IMG/VR virus record: IMGVR_UViG_3300005911_000002 | Location: 1-64,000 of that record | Origin: a virus | DNA length: 64,000 nt | Strand: one strand, 5' to 3' | In this document: piece after piece, positions 10,640 to 20,904 of the stretch | How the letters are laid out: the number at the start of each line of letters is the position of its first letter | Numbering within the stretch: position 1 is the first letter of the stretch | The notes under the pieces: model-generated | The model's database searches: none | Seen by the model: only the letters and a program-made list of their open reading frames with translations | What the model was told of the DNA's origin: nothing | Translations under genes and position numbers: made by a program

Positions 10640-11119
10640 ATGATTAAGATAGCATTATGTGGTCACAGATCAGTAGGTAAGACTACTGCTGCCGAATTCT
10701 TTTACAACAGGCTAACTGGGAAGGGGATGCGGATAGCGAAGTATGATCTACATTACCCTGTCGTGGCTTTACTGAAGCACCTGGGGGTAACTAAGCAGAA
10801 GAAGATAGATGGCATGATAAAGAGCGCCTACGAATATTTGGGTGAGGATATTTTTATAAAGGCCTTCGATGCCCGTACCACCAAATCTTCTACACAATCA
10901 TATATTATAGATAACGTGCACACTAAGCGCGAGTACGAATACCTAGTTAACAACGGATATCTATTTATATCGGTTCATATGGACGACTACCTGGAAAAAG
11001 TAGACGCGGTTGAGTATATGAAACCGTTCTTTTCCTTATACAACTTTGGAGCAAGGGAGGATTTCATGAACGATCTAGAAATACTAATACATAGGATATT
11101 AATACATTATGGCAGTTAG
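10640..11119 (+). CDS. deoxynucleoside monophosphate kinase-like P-loop protein
   Basis: IALCGHRSVGKTT P-loop; IIDNV..KRE resembles the phage dNMP kinase D-x-R-x-x-x-E motif. Confidence 0.7.
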   Translation: MIKIALCGHRSVGKTTAAEFFYNRLTGKGMRIAKYDLHYPVVALLKHLGVTKQKKIDGMIKSAYEYLGEDIFIKAFDARTTKSSTQSYIIDNVHTKREYEYLVNNGYLFISVHMDDYLEKVDAVEYMKPFFSLYNFGAREDFMNDLEILIHRILIHYGS

Positions 11120-12722
11120 AGCACAACTGGTAAACGGAAAAACAAAGTGGATATTGTTAAGAGACAGTGTAGATATAGAGAACTTTTACGGATTGCCACA
11201 ACGTACTTTTAAGGGTAGATCATATGTAGAGCTAACATATCACTCTGGGAACAAGGTCATGGAACTTGGATGGGACATCTCTGATGAACTACTGGATGCT
11301 ATTATGTGTATTACAGAAAACATGCTCATGCCGTTGGTCCTTCCGCAGGACATAAAATATAGCACAACACTCACACCCTTCCCCGAGCAGAAGAAGAATA
11401 TTATGCTACTAGCCGCAAAAGAAATGAAGTGCCTTTTTTCAGATGTCGGCACCGGTAAAACAGCTATGTGTCTAACCCTAATGAACAGCAGACCTGACCT
11501 TAAGTTCTTGGTAATTACTCGTAACGCTATACGTTACAGCTGGCTATATGAGCGAGACAAGTTCTTCCCAGAGTTGGATTTGGGGACATACAAGGATAGA
11601 TCCAAACCTGGTAAAACCAGGATCAACCAAGTAAAGGAACACAGGAACATAGTAGTCAGTTATAATGCCCTTAGTCAGAAGTTCTTTGGTGAGTGGATAA
11701 ATGATTACTCCCCGGATGTTGTTATATGTGACGAGTCTCACAACATAAAGAATAGACTTGCCCAAACAAGGTATATTCGAATGAAAGAGATGTTTTATCC
11801 CCGCGCTGTTTTCTACATGGCAACCGCAACCCCGATGCCAAGAGAGTATTTGGACGTGTATACCCAGTATTTTTTAGCTTACTATGGATACCCGATAAAA
11901 TACTTGGATCAAATATATCAGAGGTACTATTTCAAAATAAATGTAGAAGATCGGGAAGTGCACCTACCTAAGCTAGAACTAAGTAACGACTTCCGGACCA
12001 GATTTATAGCCCCTTTTGCAGCAGTTGGAGAAAAACCAGCTAACTTGCCAGCGCTACACTACCACGATATACCAGTTGAAATGAGTGCTGCTCAGGAGAG
12101 AGCATATAATCAGGCAAAGGAAGAGATGATAGCTGAACTCCCATCAAGAAATGCTCTTTTGGTCAATTCCCTACAGCAGACATCTTATTTATTCAGGATA
12201 GCTACTGGGTTTTTATCTGACGGGGTAACCGGCGAGATAACTAGATACCCTACCCCATTTAGGTTTGAGGCTCTGCAGTATATTCTTGACAGGCATCCTG
12301 ACAGCAAGGTTATAATATGGTGTCACTTCAAGGAGAACGTCAGAATGGTGTGCGAATACTTGGCGTCCAAGGGTGAGAAATATACATTTACACACGGTGG
12401 TATGGATCATTCAGCGGCCATTGCAGAATTCAGAGACGGAGATGCTCGGATAATAGTCGCAACTTATGGAACAATATCCTCCGGGTTAAACTTGCAGTTC
12501 GCCAATATTAGTATAAAGTTTACTATACCCATAGAAGCTAAAAATAGTTACCAAAGTGATGGTAGAATACATCGTACTGGCCAGACAAAAGAATGTCACA
12601 TATATACATTATTTAGTCGTGGAACTTTTGAAGAGAAGTTTTCCAAGGTTTGTCTGCAGAGAGTTAATATGAACAAAGATGTCCACTCAATAGGCCGTGT
12701 TAAACTCATAAACATGGTATAA
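11109..12722 (+). CDS. SNF2-family helicase
   Basis: DVGTGKT, DESH, TATP, GLNLQ and QSDGRIHRTGQ motifs. Confidence 0.9.
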   Translation: MAVRAQLVNGKTKWILLRDSVDIENFYGLPQRTFKGRSYVELTYHSGNKVMELGWDISDELLDAIMCITENMLMPLVLPQDIKYSTTLTPFPEQKKNIMLLAAKEMKCLFSDVGTGKTAMCLTLMNSRPDLKFLVITRNAIRYSWLYERDKFFPELDLGTYKDRSKPGKTRINQVKEHRNIVVSYNALSQKFFGEWINDYSPDVVICDESHNIKNRLAQTRYIRMKEMFYPRAVFYMATATPMPREYLDVYTQYFLAYYGYPIKYLDQIYQRYYFKINVEDREVHLPKLELSNDFRTRFIAPFAAVGEKPANLPALHYHDIPVEMSAAQERAYNQAKEEMIAELPSRNALLVNSLQQTSYLFRIATGFLSDGVTGEITRYPTPFRFEALQYILDRHPDSKVIIWCHFKENVRMVCEYLASKGEKYTFTHGGMDHSAAIAEFRDGDARIIVATYGTISSGLNLQFANISIKFTIPIEAKNSYQSDGRIHRTGQTKECHIYTLFSRGTFEEKFSKVCLQRVNMNKDVHSIGRVKLINMV

Positions 12723-12794
12723 AAAAATATTAAATACCTTGATTATCATCGTAGAATAAGCTAGGATATAATCATCAAATTAGGAGGATTGCGA

Positions 12795-14606
12795 ATGAAA
12801 AATTTGGAAGTGAACACAACTGGACTTAAGATGCTCGGGAAGATACGAATGGGTGAAAAGAGGGGTAATAGACCGGTGGCCCTCGATTATTTCGTACTGA
12901 ATGGGTGTCCGGAATTAGAGAAACTTTTCTCTATGAAAGGTATCGATAGTGAAGGCCCGGTGAATGTAAAAGAGATTCCAATCATGTTCCCGAATGTACC
13001 ATTGGAAGATCTTCTTTCACTGCACCTTAAATTCTACAAGGGCAACGGGGAGAAGAGATGCTGGGGAAACGGGGTGGACGCTCGTTGGAAATTGGAGGAT
13101 GGTACTTGGAAAGAAATTGACTGCCAGTACTACGACTGTAAGTATTATAAGCAGCAGAATGGTGGATGCGCTAAGAAAGCCATCATACGGGTGTTAGTGC
13201 CCGCCTCTGACAGAATTGGATACTACCAGATTGATACTGGTGTGATGAGCTACACAGCTCTTCTCGACCAGCTGCATATGGTACAGAGCCAATTGGGCAG
13301 GTATTGGGGGATCCCCCTCGTAATGTACATGGGCAAAGAGCATCCCATAATGCCCGACCCAAAGACAGGTCGCGTATGCAGATCAAAAATGGCTGTGAAC
13401 GTAATGCGCATCAAGTATCCAGAAAGCATGGATAATATGATTGCAAAATATTCGCTCGATAGTTCTCAGGAAGCTCATATTAACATTGTTAATGAGGCAG
13501 ATGAGGATGATTATATCCTCGAAGATACTGACGAAGCGGCAAGCACTCCCATGGAAGGTCCAATAGATAATGCACCTGAGGTTGAAGTCGAAACTATAGA
13601 CTCTGAAATAGTAGACCCCACTAAGAAGAAAGGTCTTGATAACCTTGCTGCACTTAAGGGAGAGAATACCCCACCCGTTGAAAAAGAAAGCGCTATACCA
13701 CCGATCCCAACGTCGCTCGCCGAACTAGGGGGGATGCCTGTAAAAGCGTTGCGTAAGCTAGCTACACGCGAAGGATTCCGTAATACATCTAAGATGGATA
13801 AGCCCATGGCTATAAAAGCTTTGGGAGACAAACTATTTCCAGAGAAAGAAGGGGCGGTAGATGCTGACGAGAAGAAGGGAGAACCTGAGGCTAAAAAGGA
13901 AGTTGCAGCGACAACTAGCGAACCCGTTATCGACCCAGCAACTACGGGCGATAAAGTTGAGACTGGTAATGAAGAGGCTCCAAAAGAACCCGTCGCAGAA
14001 GGTCCGAGTGTTGCCCTTGTCGACACACTATGTGCAAAAGTTCAAGCTTGGGGAGCCAAGAACATCGAAATAGCTAAGCAGATAAAAGCTCAGTACGGCC
14101 TCGAAGGCACGGCGGTGGATTGGACTGTGGACGAACTGCAGACTGTTATCGGTGAGATAAGAAAACGAACAGCAAAACCTGCTGACAAACCCGTCGATAA
14201 ACCTGTCGATAAACCTGTCGATAAACCTGTCGATAAACCTGTCGATAAACCTGTCGAAACACCCCCTGTTAAGGAAGAAGTAACTCCTCCTGTTAAGGAA
14301 GAAGTAATTCCTCCTGTTAAGGAAGAAGTAACTCATCCTGTTAAGGAAGAAGTAACTCCTCCTGTTAAGGAAGAAGTAACTCCTCCGACCGGTGCAGCAG
14401 GAGCCCCCGCAGGCGGTGACGCAGAACTTGAGACTAGACGGGCAGCCCTGTTAGCACTTGTAGCTAAATACGAGGATCAACCTAAGCTCAAAACAATAGT
14501 ATCATTTGTCAAGGGAGTTGCGGAAAAAGCAGTTACCATTTCCAAGATAGAAGGCGCGGAGAACGCACTTAAGAATGGTTTGAAGGTGGCTAAGGTAACC
14601 ATATGA
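12795..14606 (+). CDS. Gp3-like (recombination directionality factor-like) protein with Rho-N-like domain and repeat linker
   Basis: GKIRMGEK...LDYF N-terminus; MPVKALRKLA..G......K...I Rho-N/HEH-like motif; ATG 7 nt after AGGAGG. Confidence 0.65.
   Translation: MKNLEVNTTGLKMLGKIRMGEKRGNRPVALDYFVLNGCPELEKLFSMKGIDSEGPVNVKEIPIMFPNVPLEDLLSLHLKFYKGNGEKRCWGNGVDARWKLEDGTWKEIDCQYYDCKYYKQQNGGCAKKAIIRVLVPASDRIGYYQIDTGVMSYTALLDQLHMVQSQLGRYWGIPLVMYMGKEHPIMPDPKTGRVCRSKMAVNVMRIKYPESMDNMIAKYSLDSSQEAHINIVNEADEDDYILEDTDEAASTPMEGPIDNAPEVEVETIDSEIVDPTKKKGLDNLAALKGENTPPVEKESAIPPIPTSLAELGGMPVKALRKLATREGFRNTSKMDKPMAIKALGDKLFPEKEGAVDADEKKGEPEAKKEVAATTSEPVIDPATTGDKVETGNEEAPKEPVAEGPSVALVDTLCAKVQAWGAKNIEIAKQIKAQYGLEGTAVDWTVDELQTVIGEIRKRTAKPADKPVDKPVDKPVDKPVDKPVDKPVETPPVKEEVTPPVKEEVIPPVKEEVTHPVKEEVTPPVKEEVTPPTGAAGAPAGGDAELETRRAALLALVAKYEDQPKLKTIVSFVKGVAEKAVTISKIEGAENALKNGLKVAKVTI
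14175..14387 (+). repeat. intragenic tandem repeats: 7 x 12 bp (KPVD), then 5 x 24 bp (TPPVKEEV)
   Basis: AAACCTGTCGAT units at 14175-14258; ACTCCTCCTGTTAAGGAAGAAGTA units at 14259-14378 plus a partial copy. Confidence 0.95.
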
Positions 14607-15685
14607 TAGCATACCCGCTATCTCCTTCGGCACTGAATACATTCCTTTGGTGCCCCTATGCGTGGTTTGTTAAGAAGGTCCTGGGTTTAGACTCAGGATC
14701 TTCTATGTTTGCTGCGGTAGGTAGAATGTGGCATAAGGTTCTTGAACTATACGTAGCCTATCTGCTTGCTGAAGGTATCGGATCGGATATGTTAATGCTT
14801 CGAAAGATATATAATGAGGTAATAACACAGTATGGGCCAATGGACTTTGAATACGCCGAGGACTTCTACGATACTATTGCTTCGAAGTGCTATTTAGAAC
14901 CTGGTTCTCTTGTAGGACAGGAACTTCGGATAGCGCTTAATCACAGGCTAGAGGTTGTCCCGTACTTCCTTGAGAACGGGAAGGCTGATAACACCGTTAT
15001 GTGTAGGGGGATTATCGATATCGTTACCAAAGTTGATGATGAAAGAATTAAAATACGTGATTATAAGGTCACGTGGAAACTCGGTTACGACTCTGGTATC
15101 CAACTTGAGATGTATGCTATGATGGCACTCGCAAAATACCCATGGGCTCAGTATGTAGATGTAGAGCTATGGTTGATTGGGCGAAACATTGTAACTCCAA
15201 GCAAGGCGTATTCGAGAGAGCAGCTTCCCGACTTTCATCGCAAATATCTGAATTACTATAAAATAATAGAAAATGCGATAGATTTCCCGAAGACTCCTAA
15301 TCCTAATACGTGTGTGTACTGCCCAGTTCTTGAGGATTGCGCAGAGGCTTGTGGTTTAATGGAAGATATAGCAGATTACGAATCACTATGCCGTGCCTAC
15401 ACAGTTCATAAGGCCGCGGCTGACAGATTAAAGTCACGATTAGCAGTTGCATTGAATGCAAGAGCTGACGCCGGGGATCTCACATATGTAACATCTCAGA
15501 AGAGAGTTATTACGGATAAACCCGCCGCTATAGCAGCTGTACTGAAGTACGCCGACAAAGATGAAATAGCAAATATACTCAGCATTAGTGTTGGGGACGC
15601 AGCTAAGCTGGCGTACACAAAAGAATTTATCGGTGCATCAGAAACAAAAGAGTTTGAAAAGACAATCAGAGAAATACTTAAGTAG
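14603..15685 (+). CDS. PD-(D/E)XK exonuclease (RecB/Cas4-like, Fe-S cysteines)
   Basis: LSPSAL..F.WCP, GIIDIV, IRDYK, QLEMY and CVYCP...C motifs. Confidence 0.85.
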   Translation: MIAYPLSPSALNTFLWCPYAWFVKKVLGLDSGSSMFAAVGRMWHKVLELYVAYLLAEGIGSDMLMLRKIYNEVITQYGPMDFEYAEDFYDTIASKCYLEPGSLVGQELRIALNHRLEVVPYFLENGKADNTVMCRGIIDIVTKVDDERIKIRDYKVTWKLGYDSGIQLEMYAMMALAKYPWAQYVDVELWLIGRNIVTPSKAYSREQLPDFHRKYLNYYKIIENAIDFPKTPNPNTCVYCPVLEDCAEACGLMEDIADYESLCRAYTVHKAAADRLKSRLAVALNARADAGDLTYVTSQKRVITDKPAAIAAVLKYADKDEIANILSISVGDAAKLAYTKEFIGASETKEFEKTIREILK

Positions 15686-15693
15686 GAGAAACC

Positions 15694-16119
15694 ATGCGGT
15701 ACATAAAATACGCAAGACACCATGGTGAAGTTGTCAGGATTATCAGTGCTCCGGAGTACGTGAAATATATTTCCATGTACGTCGAAGTGCACGATAATGC
15801 GAAAGATGCTGGGGCCACCGTGCCCCGGCATACCCTGGCAACCATCGATGGAATACATTTTTTTAATTTCCACTATCGTGAAAGCATCCTTCCACGGGTT
15901 ATACGTGCTGTAAAAGGAAAGAAGTTCTATAGTTCGGCTGAGGCAGAGCGCACCTTGTGGGATGAATTTTTTAGGCTTGGGGAAGATGATATATTCGTTG
16001 GAGAGTTTAAAAGAATGGCGGTAACGTTAGCTGATGCGATGGTACGGAAGTCCCGTGAGCAGCTTTTATCCGAGAACACTCTTTCTTCCAGTACACCTCC
16101 TAAACCGCCTAGTGGCTAA
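15694..16119 (+). CDS. hypothetical protein
   Basis: 141-aa ORF with AGGAG RBS in the operon. Confidence 0.6.
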   Translation: MRYIKYARHHGEVVRIISAPEYVKYISMYVEVHDNAKDAGATVPRHTLATIDGIHFFNFHYRESILPRVIRAVKGKKFYSSAEAERTLWDEFFRLGEDDIFVGEFKRMAVTLADAMVRKSREQLLSENTLSSSTPPKPPSG

Positions 16120-16158
16120 GGTGGTATAAAAGCATAACATTATACTTAGGAGCCATAA

Positions 16159-18759
16159 ATGGAGATACAACGAAGTTTATTTGAGAGTATTGAGGAATCT
16201 TCTCCTGTAGCCTGCAACGGTTGCCCGTACAACAAGCACCATAGGGTGCGGTTTTACGAAGAGCGGGAGATTAAATGCTCAGATACTCTGGTAATCGTAG
16301 ACGCTAGGACGGACCACGAAATGGGTGGTTTCAAATATGACAGATACATTAAAAAATTCTACCCCGGGGCTATGGTAATTCCACATATTATGTGCGGTCT
16401 CAAATATCCAGGGGAGATACCAAAACAAGGTGCCATGTCTCACTGCAAGAGACTAATAAACAAGTACATAGAAAAGTTTAATTACAAGAAAATAATCGTT
16501 AGCGGCTCAAAAGCTGTTAGCCAATTCATAGGTACTATCGGAGGCGACCTTAAGAATCATGGTATAATATACGATTATAACGGAACACCCGCAATTGTGG
16601 AGCTTGGTCTTGCTATGCTGATGAGCTCCCCCGAGATATCCGATATGGTAGTTAAAAAAGACCCTAGTAAGATGAAGCCCATAGAACTAAAATATACTGT
16701 GATATCATCCGATTCGGAGCTGGAGCCAATAATCCTTGATGTAATGAATGACATTCTTACATCAGAGATAGTGGCGCTCGATATTGAAACTAACGGTCTA
16801 AAGGACGTCCTGTACGGAATAACAGATAAAGAAGTATACCTCGAACAGGAGATGTTCAAAGCTGACATAAAGAAACCTATAATAACAGCCATAGGGATAG
16901 GGACAGATGATAACATATACATCTTCCCTGTCAAGCATTTCCAGAGAGAATACGTAGGGACAATGCTGTATGACGTGATTCTGCCAACAGTACTAAGTAG
17001 GGAGGTAGTGGGGGCAAACATAGGGTTTGATCTGCAATGGTTAAATAGAGCACTCAACATGCCTTTCCCGGAAAAAGCCAGGGATATTTTGTTAGAGGAT
17101 TTTCTTGAAAGACAACTCCCCGGACATGGTGGTTTGAAAGAGAACACTAGAAGAAATTTCTATTACCCTGACTGGGAATCAGATATACATCTTTACCCAA
17201 GCTATGAATTAATACCATGGCCTAGACTCGAGGAGTACCTCGCACATGACATAAATGCAACACGGATGAACGCTAGGTACTACCCACCAAGAATACAACA
17301 TGCGTGGGAGTTCTACAACGATGTTCTTACAACAGCGGTGGTTTCATACGCCAAGATGCAAAACAGAGGTATGAAGCTTATACCAGCATCTGGTAGCGGC
17401 ATAGACAAGAAAATACAAAGTAGTTACATGCGTATTCAGAAAGAAGCGAAGCTGGTTGGCAGCAAGAAACCAAGGATCAACCCAGGGTCAAACAAAGACC
17501 TAGCGCATGTGTTGTTTGAATTGTCTGGCTTCTCCCCCGTAGAGGAAACGGATTCGGGAATGCCATCTCTCAATAAAGAGTCATTGCATATCTTCTCAAC
17601 AAAGCTCGGTAGTGATTTTGCAGAGGCGGTACTTGAATGGCGAGCTCTCACGAAGATAAAAAGCACCTACCTATCCATCCCAACAAAAAAGTCCACTAAG
17701 GACTATATTGTACACACAAATTACTCCTTGTACCGAACAGCGTCTGGAAGAACAGCGTCAAGTAACCCAAACTTTCAGAACCTCCCGCGTGGAGATTCTC
17801 CGGTTGCTGCCCTGGTAAAAAAGATGGTGGTGTCGAGATACAGAGGCGGTCTCATAATAGAGAGCGACTTTAGCCAGGCCGAGCTTAGATGTCTTGCATC
17901 TGTGTCGAGTGATAGAAACATGATTCGCGAGTACTTGCAGCAGATGGCAGATGCTGGCTATTCCCCCGACCTACATAAACTTGCTGCATCTTATATGCTG
18001 GACTTGCCCGTGTCGGAGATAACCAAGGCACTACGCCAGTTCGGTAAAGTCATCAACTTCGGTTTGTTCTATGGTATGACAGAGTATGGCCTACATTACA
18101 ATCTACGGAAAGTATGTGCTGAAAAAGGGATAGATGTACCGCATGAAGTTGAGGACTGCATAGTTCTCCTCACTAAGTATTTCAAAGGATTCCCCGGAGT
18201 AGATAGGTACATGAAAAAATACCGTGCGTTTGCGAAAAACAACGGTTACGTTCTATCACCAATGGGTAGGAAGAGAGTTCTTATGGGGGCTACTGACAAG
18301 AATTCTCCAAAGCATAAAGGTGCCATGAACAAAGCTATCAACACACCCATACAAGTTCTAGCAAGCGACCTTAAGATAATGACCGTAAACAAAATTACGA
18401 AGTTGATCGAAGATCAGGATCTACCATGCTCCCTTATTAATGAGGTACATGACTCCTGCATAATAGATCTACACGACGCAAAATATGCGGAGGAAGTTAT
18501 TGGGCTGATGGAGATGTGTTTCGGTGCCAGTTCCTTTCCAGGAATGGTTGTGCCTATGATAGCTGATAGTAAGATTGGTCCGTCCTGGGGAGAAACTAAG
18601 ACGGTTATGCCTAAGAGATGTTGGAAATGTGCCAACATGCAGAGTGGAATATGCTTGATAGGTATGACCAACATAAGTAAAGGGTTTCTCGAAGATACCC
18701 TACAAGCTGAGAATAGATATATACCTTGTTTGGGGTATAAAAAGATAGATAAAAAATAA
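16159..18759 (+). CDS. polA: family A DNA polymerase with N-terminal UDG-like domain and 3'-5' exonuclease
   Basis: Exo motifs ALDIETNG, NIGFD, YLAHD; motif A SDFSQAELR, motif B RQFGKVINFGLFYG, motif C VHDS; N-terminal CxxCP...C...C like family-4 UDG. Confidence 0.92.
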   Translation: MEIQRSLFESIEESSPVACNGCPYNKHHRVRFYEEREIKCSDTLVIVDARTDHEMGGFKYDRYIKKFYPGAMVIPHIMCGLKYPGEIPKQGAMSHCKRLINKYIEKFNYKKIIVSGSKAVSQFIGTIGGDLKNHGIIYDYNGTPAIVELGLAMLMSSPEISDMVVKKDPSKMKPIELKYTVISSDSELEPIILDVMNDILTSEIVALDIETNGLKDVLYGITDKEVYLEQEMFKADIKKPIITAIGIGTDDNIYIFPVKHFQREYVGTMLYDVILPTVLSREVVGANIGFDLQWLNRALNMPFPEKARDILLEDFLERQLPGHGGLKENTRRNFYYPDWESDIHLYPSYELIPWPRLEEYLAHDINATRMNARYYPPRIQHAWEFYNDVLTTAVVSYAKMQNRGMKLIPASGSGIDKKIQSSYMRIQKEAKLVGSKKPRINPGSNKDLAHVLFELSGFSPVEETDSGMPSLNKESLHIFSTKLGSDFAEAVLEWRALTKIKSTYLSIPTKKSTKDYIVHTNYSLYRTASGRTASSNPNFQNLPRGDSPVAALVKKMVVSRYRGGLIIESDFSQAELRCLASVSSDRNMIREYLQQMADAGYSPDLHKLAASYMLDLPVSEITKALRQFGKVINFGLFYGMTEYGLHYNLRKVCAEKGIDVPHEVEDCIVLLTKYFKGFPGVDRYMKKYRAFAKNNGYVLSPMGRKRVLMGATDKNSPKHKGAMNKAINTPIQVLASDLKIMTVNKITKLIEDQDLPCSLINEVHDSCIIDLHDAKYAEEVIGLMEMCFGASSFPGMVVPMIADSKIGPSWGETKTVMPKRCWKCANMQSGICLIGMTNISKGFLEDTLQAENRYIPCLGYKKIDKK

Positions 18760-18771
18760 GGAAGGTGAATC

Positions 18772-18870
18772 ATGAGATATCTTTTGTGTGGTGCTATGCT
18801 ATCTTTGTTTATTGTTGCTGGTTGGACTTTTTTCAGAGATAACACCGAGAAAACAATACGATTAAACTAA
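18772..18870 (+). CDS. 32-aa membrane peptide (MRYLLCGAMLSLFIVAGWTFFRDNTEKTIRLN)
   Basis: Translated by hand; GAAGGTGA RBS, GGTATAAA upstream, terminator immediately downstream. Confidence 0.55.
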   Translation: MRYLLCGAMLSLFIVAGWTFFRDNTEKTIRLN

Positions 18871-18871
18871 G

Positions 18872-18896
18872 AAAGAGGCCCGGGGGCCTCTTTTTT
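18872..18896. terminator. bidirectional intrinsic terminator
   Basis: AAAGAGGCCC/GGGCCTCTTT stem between convergent genes. Confidence 0.8.
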
Positions 18897-19000
18897 ATTA
18901 CGTAGACATGTCTGTATGTCTAACTTCGTAAACTCTCCTTATTACATTAACCGTACAACTTTTGACAATCGACTCGCGGCTATTTTGGTTGTATTGGGTA

Positions 19001-20815
19001 TCATGACTGTCTACCACACATACTCAACAACTTATACACCGAAGCCATCTTATTCTTAGCGTTCCAAGTATCCTTAGTTACGGAGGTAGGTCCTGGAGCA
19101 AACGGTTTCAATGCCTTAGCCTGTGTTATCGGTTCCGGCACCTTCTCCAGTGGAACCTTGGTATCGGTGTTTGGTTTTACTACACCTTTTATCTTCTTTG
19201 TACTACTACTTGTTCCTGATGGAGTTGAAACCATCGACATCTTATGAAGATTAGCACCTATGCCATGCACGCCCTGGGCGATATTGTTATTCATGGTAGA
19301 GGGTGCTCCAGGCGTTGTTATTGTCGCAGGTGTGATTGGTACTTTGGCCATATCACTCATAGACGTAGCCCCTTCCTTTGGTGCAGTCACGAGCTTAGAT
19401 ATGTTTCTGAAAGTGTTCCCGGTGCTGTTTCCAATATTACCAATGCCGGCATTGCCGATAGGGGTAATTGGGAGTGTCATATTTCCAGCAGCTTTTATCT
19501 CAGCAGCAACCTTGTTGTGTGAGAGTACGTCGTTTAGACCTTCGATAACAGTGCTATCCTTCGAAGACTGTTTCGTTAACTTTCTTAACGTAGATATATT
19601 AGAGTCTATTTGATCACTATCGAAATGAAACCTGTCATATTCTGGAGACCATGACTCCCAGTCGATTACGGTGGGTTTTGCCTTGTCGGATATAAATATG
19701 TTCCCGCCGTGAATATCATTGTGACTTATTTGTTTCTTTTTTAAGAACCCTCGCAAATCCTCAAGACCTTTTATCGCAGGCTCGTACATCTTTTCCTCCT
19801 TCCCCTGAATTATGTCCGCAACACTCATCCCGGGAGCCCTGGTCATTTTAAACCAATCTTTTCCCTTAGAGTGTATCTCTGGCGTAAGTGTGTCCCCCTT
19901 TGACATTGCATAAAATTTCAACTCGTTAGCCATCCGTTCTTGCCAATTAGACGGCTCGATAGTACCACCGTCAAATATCGCCTTTCTTGAGAACTGTTTT
20001 TTTACCAGTTTTTTGTACATGGTAATTAGTGCTGTTGGGGATTCAATTGTTAGCGCTGCAATCTTCTCAATTGCCGTTGTCTCTAACCCCTCCCGAGATA
20101 CACTCGAAACCTTATGTATATGTGAATGTGGGTTTGCATGTCCTGGTAATTTATGTGTAGTATTTTCCGTTCGTTTTATTAATCTTCCTAGTATATCATA
20201 TATGTTCTGGCGTGTATATGCGTCACCCCTAGAGCTTGCAACTGTCTCGTCTACTGTCTTAGTTATTCCTGGCATTACTTGTTTTGCGTAAGAGTTCGAG
20301 TACTTAGTATAACGCCCGGCATCGTCTACCGACATCTTATCTATGAATGTCTGGATGCTGGCTACCTTCTCTTCCACGGGAAGGGCCTCCGCAACCTTCT
20401 CACCCTTAAGCGATCCGAATAACTTCTTCTTGAAATCTTCGATAGACATGATAGTCATCGACCCAAAGAATTTAGGTGAATCATAATGCTTAAGGTACGC
20501 ATTCTTGGCGGAGATAGGTGTGCTGAACCCAAGCATCACCTTATCCTCATCGTACTTACCAGTCTTTGGAAAGTTCTGATGAACCACGTAGACTTCCTTA
20601 GGCTCTTCAACAGGTCCGACGTATACGTCAAGCTTGTCGCCATCGGTACCCCTGCTTCCGAGAATCTCACCATAATGATTACGCATCATGGTGAAGCCCC
20701 CTTTCCAATGTCTTTTCGAACCGGGCTTATTTTCTACGTGGATAGTAATGCCATGTCGTTTTACCGTACCGATAAATGGGTACTCCTTCCGATTTCTTTT
20801 CGGAGGAGGACCCAT
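19001..20815 (-). CDS. polyvalent protein: inorganic-pyrophosphatase-like domain plus protein-kinase-like domain
   Basis: HYGEI...GTDGDKLDVYVG...DEDKVMLGF (InPase-like); HNDIHGGN and IDWE (kinase catalytic loop and Mg-binding motif). Confidence 0.75.
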   Translation of the reverse strand: MGPPPKRNRKEYPFIGTVKRHGITIHVENKPGSKRHWKGGFTMMRNHYGEILGSRGTDGDKLDVYVGPVEEPKEVYVVHQNFPKTGKYDEDKVMLGFSTPISAKNAYLKHYDSPKFFGSMTIMSIEDFKKKLFGSLKGEKVAEALPVEEKVASIQTFIDKMSVDDAGRYTKYSNSYAKQVMPGITKTVDETVASSRGDAYTRQNIYDILGRLIKRTENTTHKLPGHANPHSHIHKVSSVSREGLETTAIEKIAALTIESPTALITMYKKLVKKQFSRKAIFDGGTIEPSNWQERMANELKFYAMSKGDTLTPEIHSKGKDWFKMTRAPGMSVADIIQGKEEKMYEPAIKGLEDLRGFLKKKQISHNDIHGGNIFISDKAKPTVIDWESWSPEYDRFHFDSDQIDSNISTLRKLTKQSSKDSTVIEGLNDVLSHNKVAAEIKAAGNMTLPITPIGNAGIGNIGNSTGNTFRNISKLVTAPKEGATSMSDMAKVPITPATITTPGAPSTMNNNIAQGVHGIGANLHKMSMVSTPSGTSSSTKKIKGVVKPNTDTKVPLEKVPEPITQAKALKPFAPGPTSVTKDTWNAKNKMASVYKLLSMCGRQS

Positions 20816-20904
20816 TGTTACCTCGGTAGTATTTTTGGTAAGTATCTCTGCTATCTTAATTCCCGTGCTTGTCTCCTGTGCTTATCTGCTATTAACCATC
20901 AGTA

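Noticed and set aside
14175-14387. CRISPR array
   Set aside because: The repeats are contiguous, in frame and have no spacers. The Cas4-like neighbour has no other cas genes.
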